Source: an uncultured bacterium
GTDB lineage: Bacteria > B130-G9
Direction of reading: 5' to 3'
Length of the DNA: 64,000 nucleotides
Assembly: GCA_965372715.1 (NCBI GenBank)
Contig: CBDVDH010000016.1
Coordinates: forward strand, 1,744 to 65,743
Under the pieces are notes generated by a model, which saw nothing but the letters and a program-made list of their open reading frames with translations, did not search any database and had not been told where the DNA came from. Below are positions 28,207 to 36,695 of this stretch, piece by piece (position 1 is the first letter of the stretch; every line of letters begins with the position of its first letter). The position numbers and the translations under genes were made by a program.

Positions 28207-30147
28207 TTGTCGCGCAATGATGCACCTAAGGGCCGCTACTTGCTGACTTCGGCGGGGCTCAATCGCAGGCGGCCGATTATTCCAGTCCGCAAGACAGCTT
28301 GGGTTACAGTGATCGTTGCAGCCTTGCTGCTTGGCGTGCTGCCGGTTTGCTCCTACGCTCAGGCCGACAGATTCAAGGAAGCTATCCGCCGGCAGGAGAG
28401 CAGGTCGCCAGCCACGGACGAGAAGAAAACGAAACGGGCAACCGGCGACAGCAAGGCTCACAGAAAGGCTCGGCGGATGATCCAGAGCATTAGGGGCACG
28501 GGCCACGGAGGCGAGGACTATCAGCCGATGAGTCCTGAAGCCGTTGGCGAGCGAATGAGGGAGACCGAGGAAAAAAGCAAGTACTTCATGTGGGTGGTTA
28601 TCGGTGTCCCAGCCGTTCTGATTGTCCTTTTCGGACTGAAGTTCTTCTTCAATGTCTTCGTGAAGCCCGTCGTTACCCCGGTTCGGCGCTCCTTTAGGAC
28701 CCAAAGGGCGGCGGGACCCAGCGCATCGCAGGCCAGGAAGCTGGTCTCGATGGCAAGACGTTATGAACGCAAGGGCGCCGTCCTGGACGCTGCGCAGCTA
28801 TTCGAGGCAGCGGATGAAATAGAGACGATGCTCATGCAGGCGAAAAAAGGTGTATCCCGGGCCCCTGCCACGCGGACCCACCTTCAGCAGGCGGCGGACC
28901 TCTATGAGAAGGCCAGAGATTACAGGAAGGCTTCGGAGCTTCACAGTAAGCTGGGGGTGCCGGGCAAGATGAAGCAGCTATTCTCGCTTCAGGCCAAGGA
29001 ATACGAGTCCCAGCGGAAGTATCTCCTCGCGGCTGAGATGTATGCAAAGGCTCAGGACTTCGTTGCGGCGGCGGCGATGAACGAGGCTGGAGGGCACCTT
29101 CACGGCGCCGCTGCTTACTACGAGAAGGTCGGCGAGAGGCTGAAGGCTGCCAAGCTCTACGAGCAATTCTACCAGCAGGAGAAGATCGAGCATTTTGCGA
29201 GCATGCACGACCCACACACCTACAACTACGTCCGCAAGTACGCCCTCAAAAGCGCGAGGCACTACGCGGCGTGCGGTAAGTTTCGCAAGTCCGCTCAGAT
29301 ATTCGCCGAGTTCTCGGAGCACATCGCCGCCGGCAAGATGCTTCTCGAGGCGGAGCAATACATTGAGGCCGTCAACGTTCTCGTGAGGACTGACGAGGTC
29401 GAGCTCCTAAGGGATGCGCTCTCCAAGGTGGACATGGCGAAGATCAATCCCGAGTTGCTCGCCTCGGCGATGGAAAAGGTCGGTGATCCGGATGCGGCTG
29501 CGGATACTTTGCTCCGGGCGGGAAGGACGATCGAAGCCGCGTCGATTTACGAGCGAAGGGGCAAGTTCGGTAGGGCCGCCGAGATATATGAAAAGCAGGG
29601 CGACCTCGATACAGCGGCCGAGCTTTTTGCCCGAGCCAAAGACTACGAGCGCGCAGCAAAGTTATACATTCAACTGAACGACAAGAAGGCCGCGCTTCAG
29701 ATGTATCGCCAATTGGGTGATACGCGCAAAGTCGCCGAGTTGAAGGCCGAACTCGGCGACTTCTTCGATGCTGCCAGGGAGCTGTTTGGCCTGGGTGAGG
29801 ACGCAAGAGCCATGTCCATGCTTGAGCGCGTGGAGCCCAGCCACCCGGACTTTCTCGATGCGTATCGCCTCTTAGGCGAACGCCTTATCCAAGAAGGGCA
29901 GTATCAAAGGGTCAGAAGCATCTTTGAACCGATGATTCGATCCCTTAGGCCCCGCTCACGAGAGGCAAAGGAGATCTACTATTTGCTCGCGCTCGCCTCG
30001 GTCAAGGACAACCTGGTCGAGAAGGCGAAAGAATGCCTCGAACACGTGCTCGACATCGACTACTCATTCCGGGACGCGAGCCAGCTCTACGACTCACTCC
30101 TTGCAGGCGGCGGCCCAAGCCCGGTGAAGGATGACTCTCAGGGATAG
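28207..30147 (+). CDS. Membrane-anchored TPR-like helical repeat protein
   Basis: Signal-like segment and one TM; many AA.LYE.A.... repeats; overlaps the mfd start by 17 nt. True start uncertain. Confidence 0.75.
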   Translation: MSRNDAPKGRYLLTSAGLNRRRPIIPVRKTAWVTVIVAALLLGVLPVCSYAQADRFKEAIRRQESRSPATDEKKTKRATGDSKAHRKARRMIQSIRGTGHGGEDYQPMSPEAVGERMRETEEKSKYFMWVVIGVPAVLIVLFGLKFFFNVFVKPVVTPVRRSFRTQRAAGPSASQARKLVSMARRYERKGAVLDAAQLFEAADEIETMLMQAKKGVSRAPATRTHLQQAADLYEKARDYRKASELHSKLGVPGKMKQLFSLQAKEYESQRKYLLAAEMYAKAQDFVAAAAMNEAGGHLHGAAAYYEKVGERLKAAKLYEQFYQQEKIEHFASMHDPHTYNYVRKYALKSARHYAACGKFRKSAQIFAEFSEHIAAGKMLLEAEQYIEAVNVLVRTDEVELLRDALSKVDMAKINPELLASAMEKVGDPDAAADTLLRAGRTIEAASIYERRGKFGRAAEIYEKQGDLDTAAELFARAKDYERAAKLYIQLNDKKAALQMYRQLGDTRKVAELKAELGDFFDAARELFGLGEDARAMSMLERVEPSHPDFLDAYRLLGERLIQEGQYQRVRSIFEPMIRSLRPRSREAKEIYYLLALASVKDNLVEKAKECLEHVLDIDYSFRDASQLYDSLLAGGGPSPVKDDSQG

Positions 30148-33100
30148 AATCAGGCTTCTGGCCGGCCAGCAACGCTTTCAGTCGCTCCTGAAGCTCGTCG
30201 ATGAGGGCAAGAGCTCGACAGTGGTCGAGGGACTTTCCGGCGCGTCCGCCGCGATGCTCGTCGCACAACTCGCTCATCTGTCATCAAGACGGTTTCTGGT
30301 GCTCGTCGATGACATGCGTCAGGCACAATCGACCGTGGCCGACCTGTCGTTCTTTCTCAATCTGATACGAGGCGCTTATGCGCTCGAGGACGGCGCCTAT
30401 CTTCCGTCGGATGGAGCACCGCCCGATAGACGAGACGACATCTTTCATCTGCCCTCGAGATCGACGCTGCCTTTTGAGATGTTCTCACCGCCCCACCAGG
30501 AGATGGCCTCTCGCCACCTCGCCCTCCGCGCAGCGATGACCAGGGATGCCAGAGTAGTCGTCGCGCCGGTCGAGGCGCTGTTGATTCGCTCCGCGCCACA
30601 AGAGCTGGTCAGCCGATATGTTCTGAACCTCACCGTTTCGGACACGTGCGACATCGAGCGGGCTGCGACGATGCTCGTCGAGGCGGGCTACACGCGGGAA
30701 TACGTGGTCGAGCTGCCGGGCTCGTTCGCGATTCGCGGCGGGATTCTTGACGTGTTTCCGCCGAGCGCGGAGCTAGGCGTTAGGCTCGAACTGCTCGACG
30801 ACCGCATCGAATCGATACGCAAGTTCGACCCGAGCACGCAGCGGTCAATTGAGAAGGTGCAGTCGGCCATCATTCCGCCGGCCAGCGAGGTCATTCTGAC
30901 CGACGATGTGGCACAAAAGGCGATCAAAACACTCGTATCAATCGCGCCTCGTTCGGATCAATACATCAACTACCAGAACGTCATAGAGAAGATTGAGCAG
31001 CTAAGCCATTTCGGAGGGATAGAGAATTATCTCTCGCTCATCTACGGGGACGCGCCGGCGCCGCTCGATTTCTTCGATGAGAGCTTCTGCATCGCTTTTG
31101 CGACGAGTCGCCCGGCGGAGGAGCTCGTCTCAGCATTCTGGGACGGGGCTAACGAGGCGGCGGAGATGGCAAAGCGGACCTCGCTTTTTTTCTGCGACGA
31201 GATGCTTGCGAACTTCGTGGCGGCCGGCGAGTTCTTGAGCTCGCTCGCGAACAGACCTGGACTCTTCCTGCCAGACAATAGCTCGATTGCCATGGCCGTT
31301 CCCGACAGTCAGCTCGCCGAGTCGTTTGAGCGACTGCGGTTCGAGACCTCGAAAGTGGCGCCGGCTGGGACCGACGTTGTCTTGATGCTGCTTTCACTCT
31401 TCGACAAGAGGGCCGGGCCGTCGGCTGATTCGGTGCACGTCGTTTGCCACACGCCGCAGCAGGCCAAGAGGATGAGGCGGCTGATGCTATCGGACGACCT
31501 TGGTCCCGACATGCGCGACGACTCGGATGCGCCGTTTGCCGAGCTGTGCCTGGCCGACCTCTACCGCGAGGGAAGAGCGCAGCTTTTCGTCGGGCGGCTT
31601 TCGCGAGGATTCAGGTTCCCAGAACTCGCGATGACTCTAGTCTCAGAGGAGGAGCTTCTGGGGACCAAGATTGCGGCCAGGAAGCGCCGAGCCGAGAGAG
31701 TCGATGAGCAGATGCTCGACTTTGCCAGCCTCTCCGCCGGCGATTACGTCATCCATGTCGATTACGGGGTCGGCAAATATGTAGGCCTCAAAGCGATGCT
31801 CGTCGATGGCCGTCCCGTCGATTACATGACGGTCCTCTACGAGGACAATGATACACTCTACGTACCCGTCGAGGACCTGCAAGGCATCCAGAAATACGTC
31901 AGTTCAGGCGACGTCAAGCCGAAGCTGGACAGGATGGGTGGCAGCGCGTGGGCAAAGGCCGTTAAACGCGTCAAAAAAGCGGCGCAGCAGATCGCCAAGG
32001 AGCTTCTGGAGCTCTACGCGGCCAGAACGACGATTCAGGGGCTTGCGTTCGGCTGCGACACGCCCTGGCAATACCAGTTTGATCTAATGTTCGAATATGA
32101 TGAGACCCGCGATCAGCTTCTGACCATCGAGGATGTGAAGAAGGACATGGAGATTGCCAAGCCCATGGACCGCCTGATATGCGGCGATGTCGGCTACGGC
32201 AAGACCGAGGTTGCGCTCCGTGCCTCGTTCAAGGCGGTCAACAACAATAAGCAGGTGGCGATACTCGTCCCGACGACTGTGCTAGCCCAACAGCACAACG
32301 ACACGTTCCGCAGGCGGTTTGCGCAGTTCCCATACAAGGTCGAGATGTTGTCGCGGTTCAGGACGAGGGCAGAGCAAAAGAAGGTGCTCGAGGGCCTCAA
32401 GGACGGCACAGTCAGCATCGTCATCGGCACGCATCGGCTGCTTTCCAAAGACATCGAGTTCTATGACCTGGGCCTTCTCATCATCGACGAGGAGCACCGC
32501 TTCGGCGTCCGTCACAAGGAGAAGATCAAGCAGCTCAAAAAGCAGGTTGACGTCCTGACGATGACCGCAACGCCCATCCCCAGGACGCTCCACATGGCGC
32601 TGTCGGACCTTCGGGACATCAGCATAATTGACACGCCGCCCGAGGACAGATTGGCCATCAAGACCAGAATAGTCCGCTTCGACAAGGAGCTCATCCGCGA
32701 GGCGATAATCCGCGAGATAAGCCGCGGCGGGCAGGTCTATTTCGTCCACAACCGCGTCAAGAGCATCGACGCCGTCGCGCAGATGATCAACAGGCTCGTG
32801 CCCGAGGCGCGCATCGCGATCGGTCACGGTCAGATGGACGAGAAGGAGCTCGAAAACGTCATGGTCAAGTTCGTCCGCGGCGAGTTCGACGTCCTCGTCT
32901 GCACCACGATCATAGAATCTGGCCTCGACATCCCATCGGTCAACACGATCGTCATCAATCGAGCCGACAAGTTCGGCCTGGCCCAGCTGTATCAGCTCCG
33001 AGGTCGTGTGGGGCGCTACAAGCATCAGGCCTACGCCTACCTGATGATACCAAACCTCAAGACGCTGAGCCCGGACGCACGAAAGCGACTGGCGGCAATA

Positions 33101-33739
33101 AACGAGCTGACGGAGCTCGGCTCCGGCTTTCGGATCGCGACCTACGACTTACAGATACGAGGCTCGGGCAACCTCCTCGGCCCTGAGCAGCATGGGCACA
33201 TGAACGCCGTCGGATTCTACCTTTACTGTGATCTTCTGCGGGACGCGGTCCGCGAGATGAAGGGCGAGGCGCCGGCCGCAAAGGTCCCGGAGCCGACGTT
33301 CAACCTCCCCATCAACGCGCTTATCCCCGACCATTTTATAGCCGATTCCGACCAGCGGCTCTACATGTATCGAAAGCTGATAAGCGCGAAGGACGAGCTT
33401 GCCATTGACGAGCTGAGACGAGAGATACTCGACCGGTTTGGGCCGATGCCTGAGGAGGTCGATAACCTCCTGCTCCTCGCGAGCCTAAAGATAATCGCCA
33501 AGCAGGTAGGCCTGGAGATGGTGAGCCGCCGAGGCGCCGCGCTCTACTTCCAGTTCCGCGAGGACGGCGTCCTGCGGGCGGAGGACATCTCGCTGATCTT
33601 CGTTGAGCACGAGCGCGCCGTCTCCGTCGTCTCGGCCCACGCCGCCGTTGTCCGCACCCGCTACATCGAGGGCGACACCACCCTCGACATGCTCAAGTTC
33701 ATGCTGCTCTCGCTCAGGAAACTGCTCTCCGCCGCGTGA
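30131..33739 (+). CDS. mfd: Transcription-repair coupling factor
   Basis: UvrB-homology region, CarD-like RID (GDYVIHVDYGVGKY), CGDVGYGKTEVA, DEEHRFGV, QLYQLRGRVGR, TRG and TRCF domains; 1202 aa. Confidence 0.97.
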   Translation: MTLRDRIRLLAGQQRFQSLLKLVDEGKSSTVVEGLSGASAAMLVAQLAHLSSRRFLVLVDDMRQAQSTVADLSFFLNLIRGAYALEDGAYLPSDGAPPDRRDDIFHLPSRSTLPFEMFSPPHQEMASRHLALRAAMTRDARVVVAPVEALLIRSAPQELVSRYVLNLTVSDTCDIERAATMLVEAGYTREYVVELPGSFAIRGGILDVFPPSAELGVRLELLDDRIESIRKFDPSTQRSIEKVQSAIIPPASEVILTDDVAQKAIKTLVSIAPRSDQYINYQNVIEKIEQLSHFGGIENYLSLIYGDAPAPLDFFDESFCIAFATSRPAEELVSAFWDGANEAAEMAKRTSLFFCDEMLANFVAAGEFLSSLANRPGLFLPDNSSIAMAVPDSQLAESFERLRFETSKVAPAGTDVVLMLLSLFDKRAGPSADSVHVVCHTPQQAKRMRRLMLSDDLGPDMRDDSDAPFAELCLADLYREGRAQLFVGRLSRGFRFPELAMTLVSEEELLGTKIAARKRRAERVDEQMLDFASLSAGDYVIHVDYGVGKYVGLKAMLVDGRPVDYMTVLYEDNDTLYVPVEDLQGIQKYVSSGDVKPKLDRMGGSAWAKAVKRVKKAAQQIAKELLELYAARTTIQGLAFGCDTPWQYQFDLMFEYDETRDQLLTIEDVKKDMEIAKPMDRLICGDVGYGKTEVALRASFKAVNNNKQVAILVPTTVLAQQHNDTFRRRFAQFPYKVEMLSRFRTRAEQKKVLEGLKDGTVSIVIGTHRLLSKDIEFYDLGLLIIDEEHRFGVRHKEKIKQLKKQVDVLTMTATPIPRTLHMALSDLRDISIIDTPPEDRLAIKTRIVRFDKELIREAIIREISRGGQVYFVHNRVKSIDAVAQMINRLVPEARIAIGHGQMDEKELENVMVKFVRGEFDVLVCTTIIESGLDIPSVNTIVINRADKFGLAQLYQLRGRVGRYKHQAYAYLMIPNLKTLSPDARKRLAAINELTELGSGFRIATYDLQIRGSGNLLGPEQHGHMNAVGFYLYCDLLRDAVREMKGEAPAAKVPEPTFNLPINALIPDHFIADSDQRLYMYRKLISAKDELAIDELRREILDRFGPMPEEVDNLLLLASLKIIAKQVGLEMVSRRGAALYFQFREDGVLRAEDISLIFVEHERAVSVVSAHAAVVRTRYIEGDTTLDMLKFMLLSLRKLLSAA

Positions 33740-33825
33740 GAGAATGGCGTAATTCTCGTTATCCTCAGTCCATTGCCTTACGCGTTTTGGCCCAGGGCAG
33801 CGAGACGCCTCCCCAATCCTACTGG

Positions 33826-34686
33826 CTACTCCTCCCCAGTGACTTTCAAGGACTCGCCTTCGGCGATCCTGGGCGACGATTGCGACTGGACGACACTTTC
33901 GCAGACTTCACGCAGTTCAGGCTCTCCTCGTAGCTCTAAGAAATCGCTCATTTTGCTTTCCAGCTCGGCACGAAGTTGGTCAGTTTTCTCATGAGGGCCG
34001 TAACGCTGGGACGGGGCTACTGAGCCAGCATGTTCCGTGTCGTTGTCTTGGGTCATGACTGTCTCCCCTACACTTAGGTTCCTACTTATGGACGTAAAAC
34101 ATGCCGAAAATACGAGACTAAGAGAAAAAACGGTAATGAAGGCAATGAACAACCAGAACATAGCCGTCTGAGATCGGCGAATCCTATGGGCATGGTCAGC
34201 CCTCTCCCCCAATATCTCGTTATTCCGCTTGTAAGTCTTCCAGTAATTCTGTATAAGCTGTCGAAGCACAACAAGATCATCGACTTTTTGCTTTTCTCCG
34301 TGCATGTCCTCCGCATATTGCTCCAATGCTGCAATAGGAACAGAAGGAACATACATTTGGACCTTCAGCTGCTTAATGATCAAGTTGAGACAGAACAGAT
34401 AAGAGGCAAAGAACAAGCCGAGAGCTACGACCGATATCCAGAAGCTCGGGTCTCCGACTCCATTATGTCGAGCGTAGAACAGGGCAGATGCAGCGGGAAT
34501 GGCTAGAACCGTGTAAACACCAAGGATACCCAATCGCGAATTGACCCTTGAGTCGACTCCCTTGAAACTGTCAAATTGCGCCTGATAAGCATGCCTCAGG
34601 TAGTCAAGAATCAGCTTCAGGCCCTCCCTGGTCTTCTCTTCGGATGAGCGTGCGTCATCGCCGGCAGATTCTTCTTTGTCAGTCAT
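33826..34686 (-). CDS. Hypothetical 3-TM membrane protein, topologically like Pycsar/SLATT-type effectors
   Basis: Helix ending VDSRVNSRLGILG, then TM1, TM2, an amphipathic helix (YKRNNEILGERA), TM3 and an acidic tail; ATGA overlap with the upstream gene. Confidence 0.7.
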   Translation of the reverse strand: MTDKEESAGDDARSSEEKTREGLKLILDYLRHAYQAQFDSFKGVDSRVNSRLGILGVYTVLAIPAASALFYARHNGVGDPSFWISVVALGLFFASYLFCLNLIIKQLKVQMYVPSVPIAALEQYAEDMHGEKQKVDDLVVLRQLIQNYWKTYKRNNEILGERADHAHRIRRSQTAMFWLFIAFITVFSLSLVFSACFTSISRNLSVGETVMTQDNDTEHAGSVAPSQRYGPHEKTDQLRAELESKMSDFLELRGEPELREVCESVVQSQSSPRIAEGESLKVTGEE

Positions 34687-34886
34687 TCTGTGCTTTGATC
34701 CTCTCTGAGGAGGTCGTCAACTGAGCCGTCGAACTCCTGAAGGCAAAGCTCCAGAACCTCCTTCAGGTTGCGGTTGAGCTCGTCCAGCGTAGTGCCCTGA
34801 GTGTGTGCGCCGGGTATCCCTGGGACTATCCCAACGTAGAGCTTCGTCTCAGGATCATATTCAACGTAGCTGACGAAATGCTTCAT
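34683..34886 (-). CDS. HicB-family antitoxin-like protein, probably C-terminally truncated
   Basis: YVEYDPETKLYVGIVPGIPGAHTQGTTLDELNRNLKEVLELCL is a HicB N-domain pattern; no hicA nearby. Confidence 0.75.
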   Translation of the reverse strand: MKHFVSYVEYDPETKLYVGIVPGIPGAHTQGTTLDELNRNLKEVLELCLQEFDGSVDDLLREDQSTE

Positions 34887-34921
34887 GGCTTCCATCCTAT
34901 ATCAGTGCAATATCCCACGCG

Positions 34922-35797
34922 CTAAGTCGCAGGTGAGATGATCTTTGAGAGCTCTGGCCAAACCTCCTCCGCGTACCACTCGAAGAAGGCAATTGTGTTC
35001 TCATATTTGCTTTCCGTTCCTGCCGGTTTGTCGAATGTCGATATCGCCGCATGAAATGCCTCTTTCCCTGACTTGTAAGGAGCGTGGTCGCGCAACGGGG
35101 TTTCCATAAGAAACTGAATGGGCCAAGACACGCACCAGAGGAATTGAAAGGGGCAGGACGCGCACCACATGGGCCGACTCGATGGCTTTTTCAACGGGAC
35201 CTCATACTTGACTAAATGCGATTTGGATTCTGCACTGAAGGAGCGCCCTTTAGGTTGTCTTAAAGATGCTAGTTTCCCGTATGAATGACCGACATTTCGT
35301 CCTAGGTTTGGAGTGACGATGATCCCCGCCCAGTCCGCTGCTTCATACCAGGTAAAGGCCTCTACCAAAGCCGGCCCAAGCACCGTGTCGCCTTCGTGGA
35401 TATACTCGCCGCACGATACCGCGCCCCTGAAGAGGAAACCCTTCTGTCCCCTTTGGATTGTCAGGCCAAAAATCGTCTCCCAGATCAACTGACTAGGAAC
35501 CAATCTCAACAGAGGAATCGCGAACAGCTCTGGCCTAGATGGTACCTCCCAAGTTACGATTATTGTGTCTCCGAAAGTCGCAATCTGGGGTGCGCACGCC
35601 AGTCTATCTGGCTCATTCAGGATTCGGCACAGCTCTCCATATTGCTCCTCCAGATCCGGGAACGAGTCATTGACCTTTTTGATTATAATATCCCGGAGAG
35701 TAAGGAATCTCCCACATTCTTCAATTTCCAGGGTGCGGATGCCCAGAGCATCAAGCATCACGACGATGCCATTTTTTCTGTATTTGTCCTTCGCCAT
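34922..35797 (-). CDS. Stand-alone class III nucleotide-cyclase-like protein
   Basis: VVMLDALG (first Asp), ATFGDTII (second Asp), FRGAVSCG, VLGPALVEA..YE; no sensor or TM domain. Confidence 0.6.
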   Translation of the reverse strand: MAKDKYRKNGIVVMLDALGIRTLEIEECGRFLTLRDIIIKKVNDSFPDLEEQYGELCRILNEPDRLACAPQIATFGDTIIVTWEVPSRPELFAIPLLRLVPSQLIWETIFGLTIQRGQKGFLFRGAVSCGEYIHEGDTVLGPALVEAFTWYEAADWAGIIVTPNLGRNVGHSYGKLASLRQPKGRSFSAESKSHLVKYEVPLKKPSSRPMWCASCPFQFLWCVSWPIQFLMETPLRDHAPYKSGKEAFHAAISTFDKPAGTESKYENTIAFFEWYAEEVWPELSKIISPAT

Positions 35798-35887
35798 TGT
35801 CCTTCCTCACTTCATTTTGGCTACATCTATCGTCCACTATAACACATCTGCTTTGGTTCACTCTCAAACTTGAGATCGCAGCAGTGT

Positions 35888-36088
35888 GGCAATCCCCGAA
35901 GGGGATCAACGTGGGTAGCCGTTCGCCGCGCGGCGAACGGATCGAAACGGACGGAAAACCAAAAAACCCCGAAGCCGTCGGACAAAAGGGTTGGGATTGT
36001 ACGACGCATACGGGGGAAGGGTTTAAGCGGGGACCGATTCACCGCGGTGTAACGCGGGGCGACTCACGTTGCTACCCGTCAGGGAGCC
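35888..36088. mobile_element. REPIN/MITE-like element with nested inverted repeats
   Basis: Outer arms GGCAATCCCCGAAGGGGATCAACGTGGGTAGCC and (reverse complement) GGCTCCCTGACGGGTAGCAACGTGAGTCGCC; perfect 22-bp palindrome at 35919-35940; inner imperfect IR at 35969-35985/35997-36013. Confidence 0.55.
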
Positions 36089-36158
36089 ATAAGATGATAC
36101 ATATCATCCTAATTCTGCATAACGCAGAGCTGCTTGATCTCGTCATCCGACAACGTTT

Positions 36159-36539
36159 CTACGTAAATCTCAACCGTTCATAGACAACCTTGCCGGAATT
36201 GAAGACCTCGGTGATGATGTGGTTAACCGTGCCGTTCCATTCTACAACCTCTTCAGGCGTGTACACCAGAATGTCCATCGCACACGGCATCGGACGAAAT
36301 GCCAGCGTAATCGGCACCGATCTCTTATGCCTGGGCAGGTCAGTGTCCATGACCACAAGCAGGTCTAGATCGCTGTCCGGCGTGGGGTTCCCACTTGCGT
36401 ATGAGCCAAAGATGATGATCCTCTCCGGCGAGAACCTGTCCACGATTTCTCCCACAATCACGTTAATGGTCTCCGGCGCGATCAATTCGCCCGTTTTATG
36501 CTCTATCAGAGAACCTCTTTTCACCGCAACTTCCCGCAT
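36159..36539 (-). CDS. Minimal nucleotidyltransferase (MNT antitoxin of the HEPN-MNT type)
   Basis: IIIFGSYASGNPTPDSDLDLLVV...MDILVYTPEE...GKVVYE. Confidence 0.88.
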   Translation of the reverse strand: MREVAVKRGSLIEHKTGELIAPETINVIVGEIVDRFSPERIIIFGSYASGNPTPDSDLDLLVVMDTDLPRHKRSVPITLAFRPMPCAMDILVYTPEEVVEWNGTVNHIITEVFNSGKVVYERLRFT

Positions 36540-36604
36540 CAGACGCCTTCACCCGCCAATCCATGCTCATCTTTCTCGATTATGACACTCACCTTGTGGG
36601 TCAT
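36539..36604 (-). pseudogene. 21-codon 5' stub of a second HicB-family gene
   Basis: AGGAGG RBS; MTHKVSVIIEKDEHG resembles a HicB start, then LAGEGV-stop, which overlaps the MNT ATG (TGATG). Confidence 0.5.
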
Positions 36605-36695
36605 CTCTCGCATCCTCCTATGACGACTATCAGTCTATTCTCTTCAACCTTGAGTATAGCACAAGCCGAGGTATGGAGACAAACCTGCCAGACTG

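Noticed and set aside
33740-36695. Integron cassette array
   Set aside because: Co-oriented short genes suggested it, but I found no RYYYAAC...GTTRRRY attC structures and no integrase.
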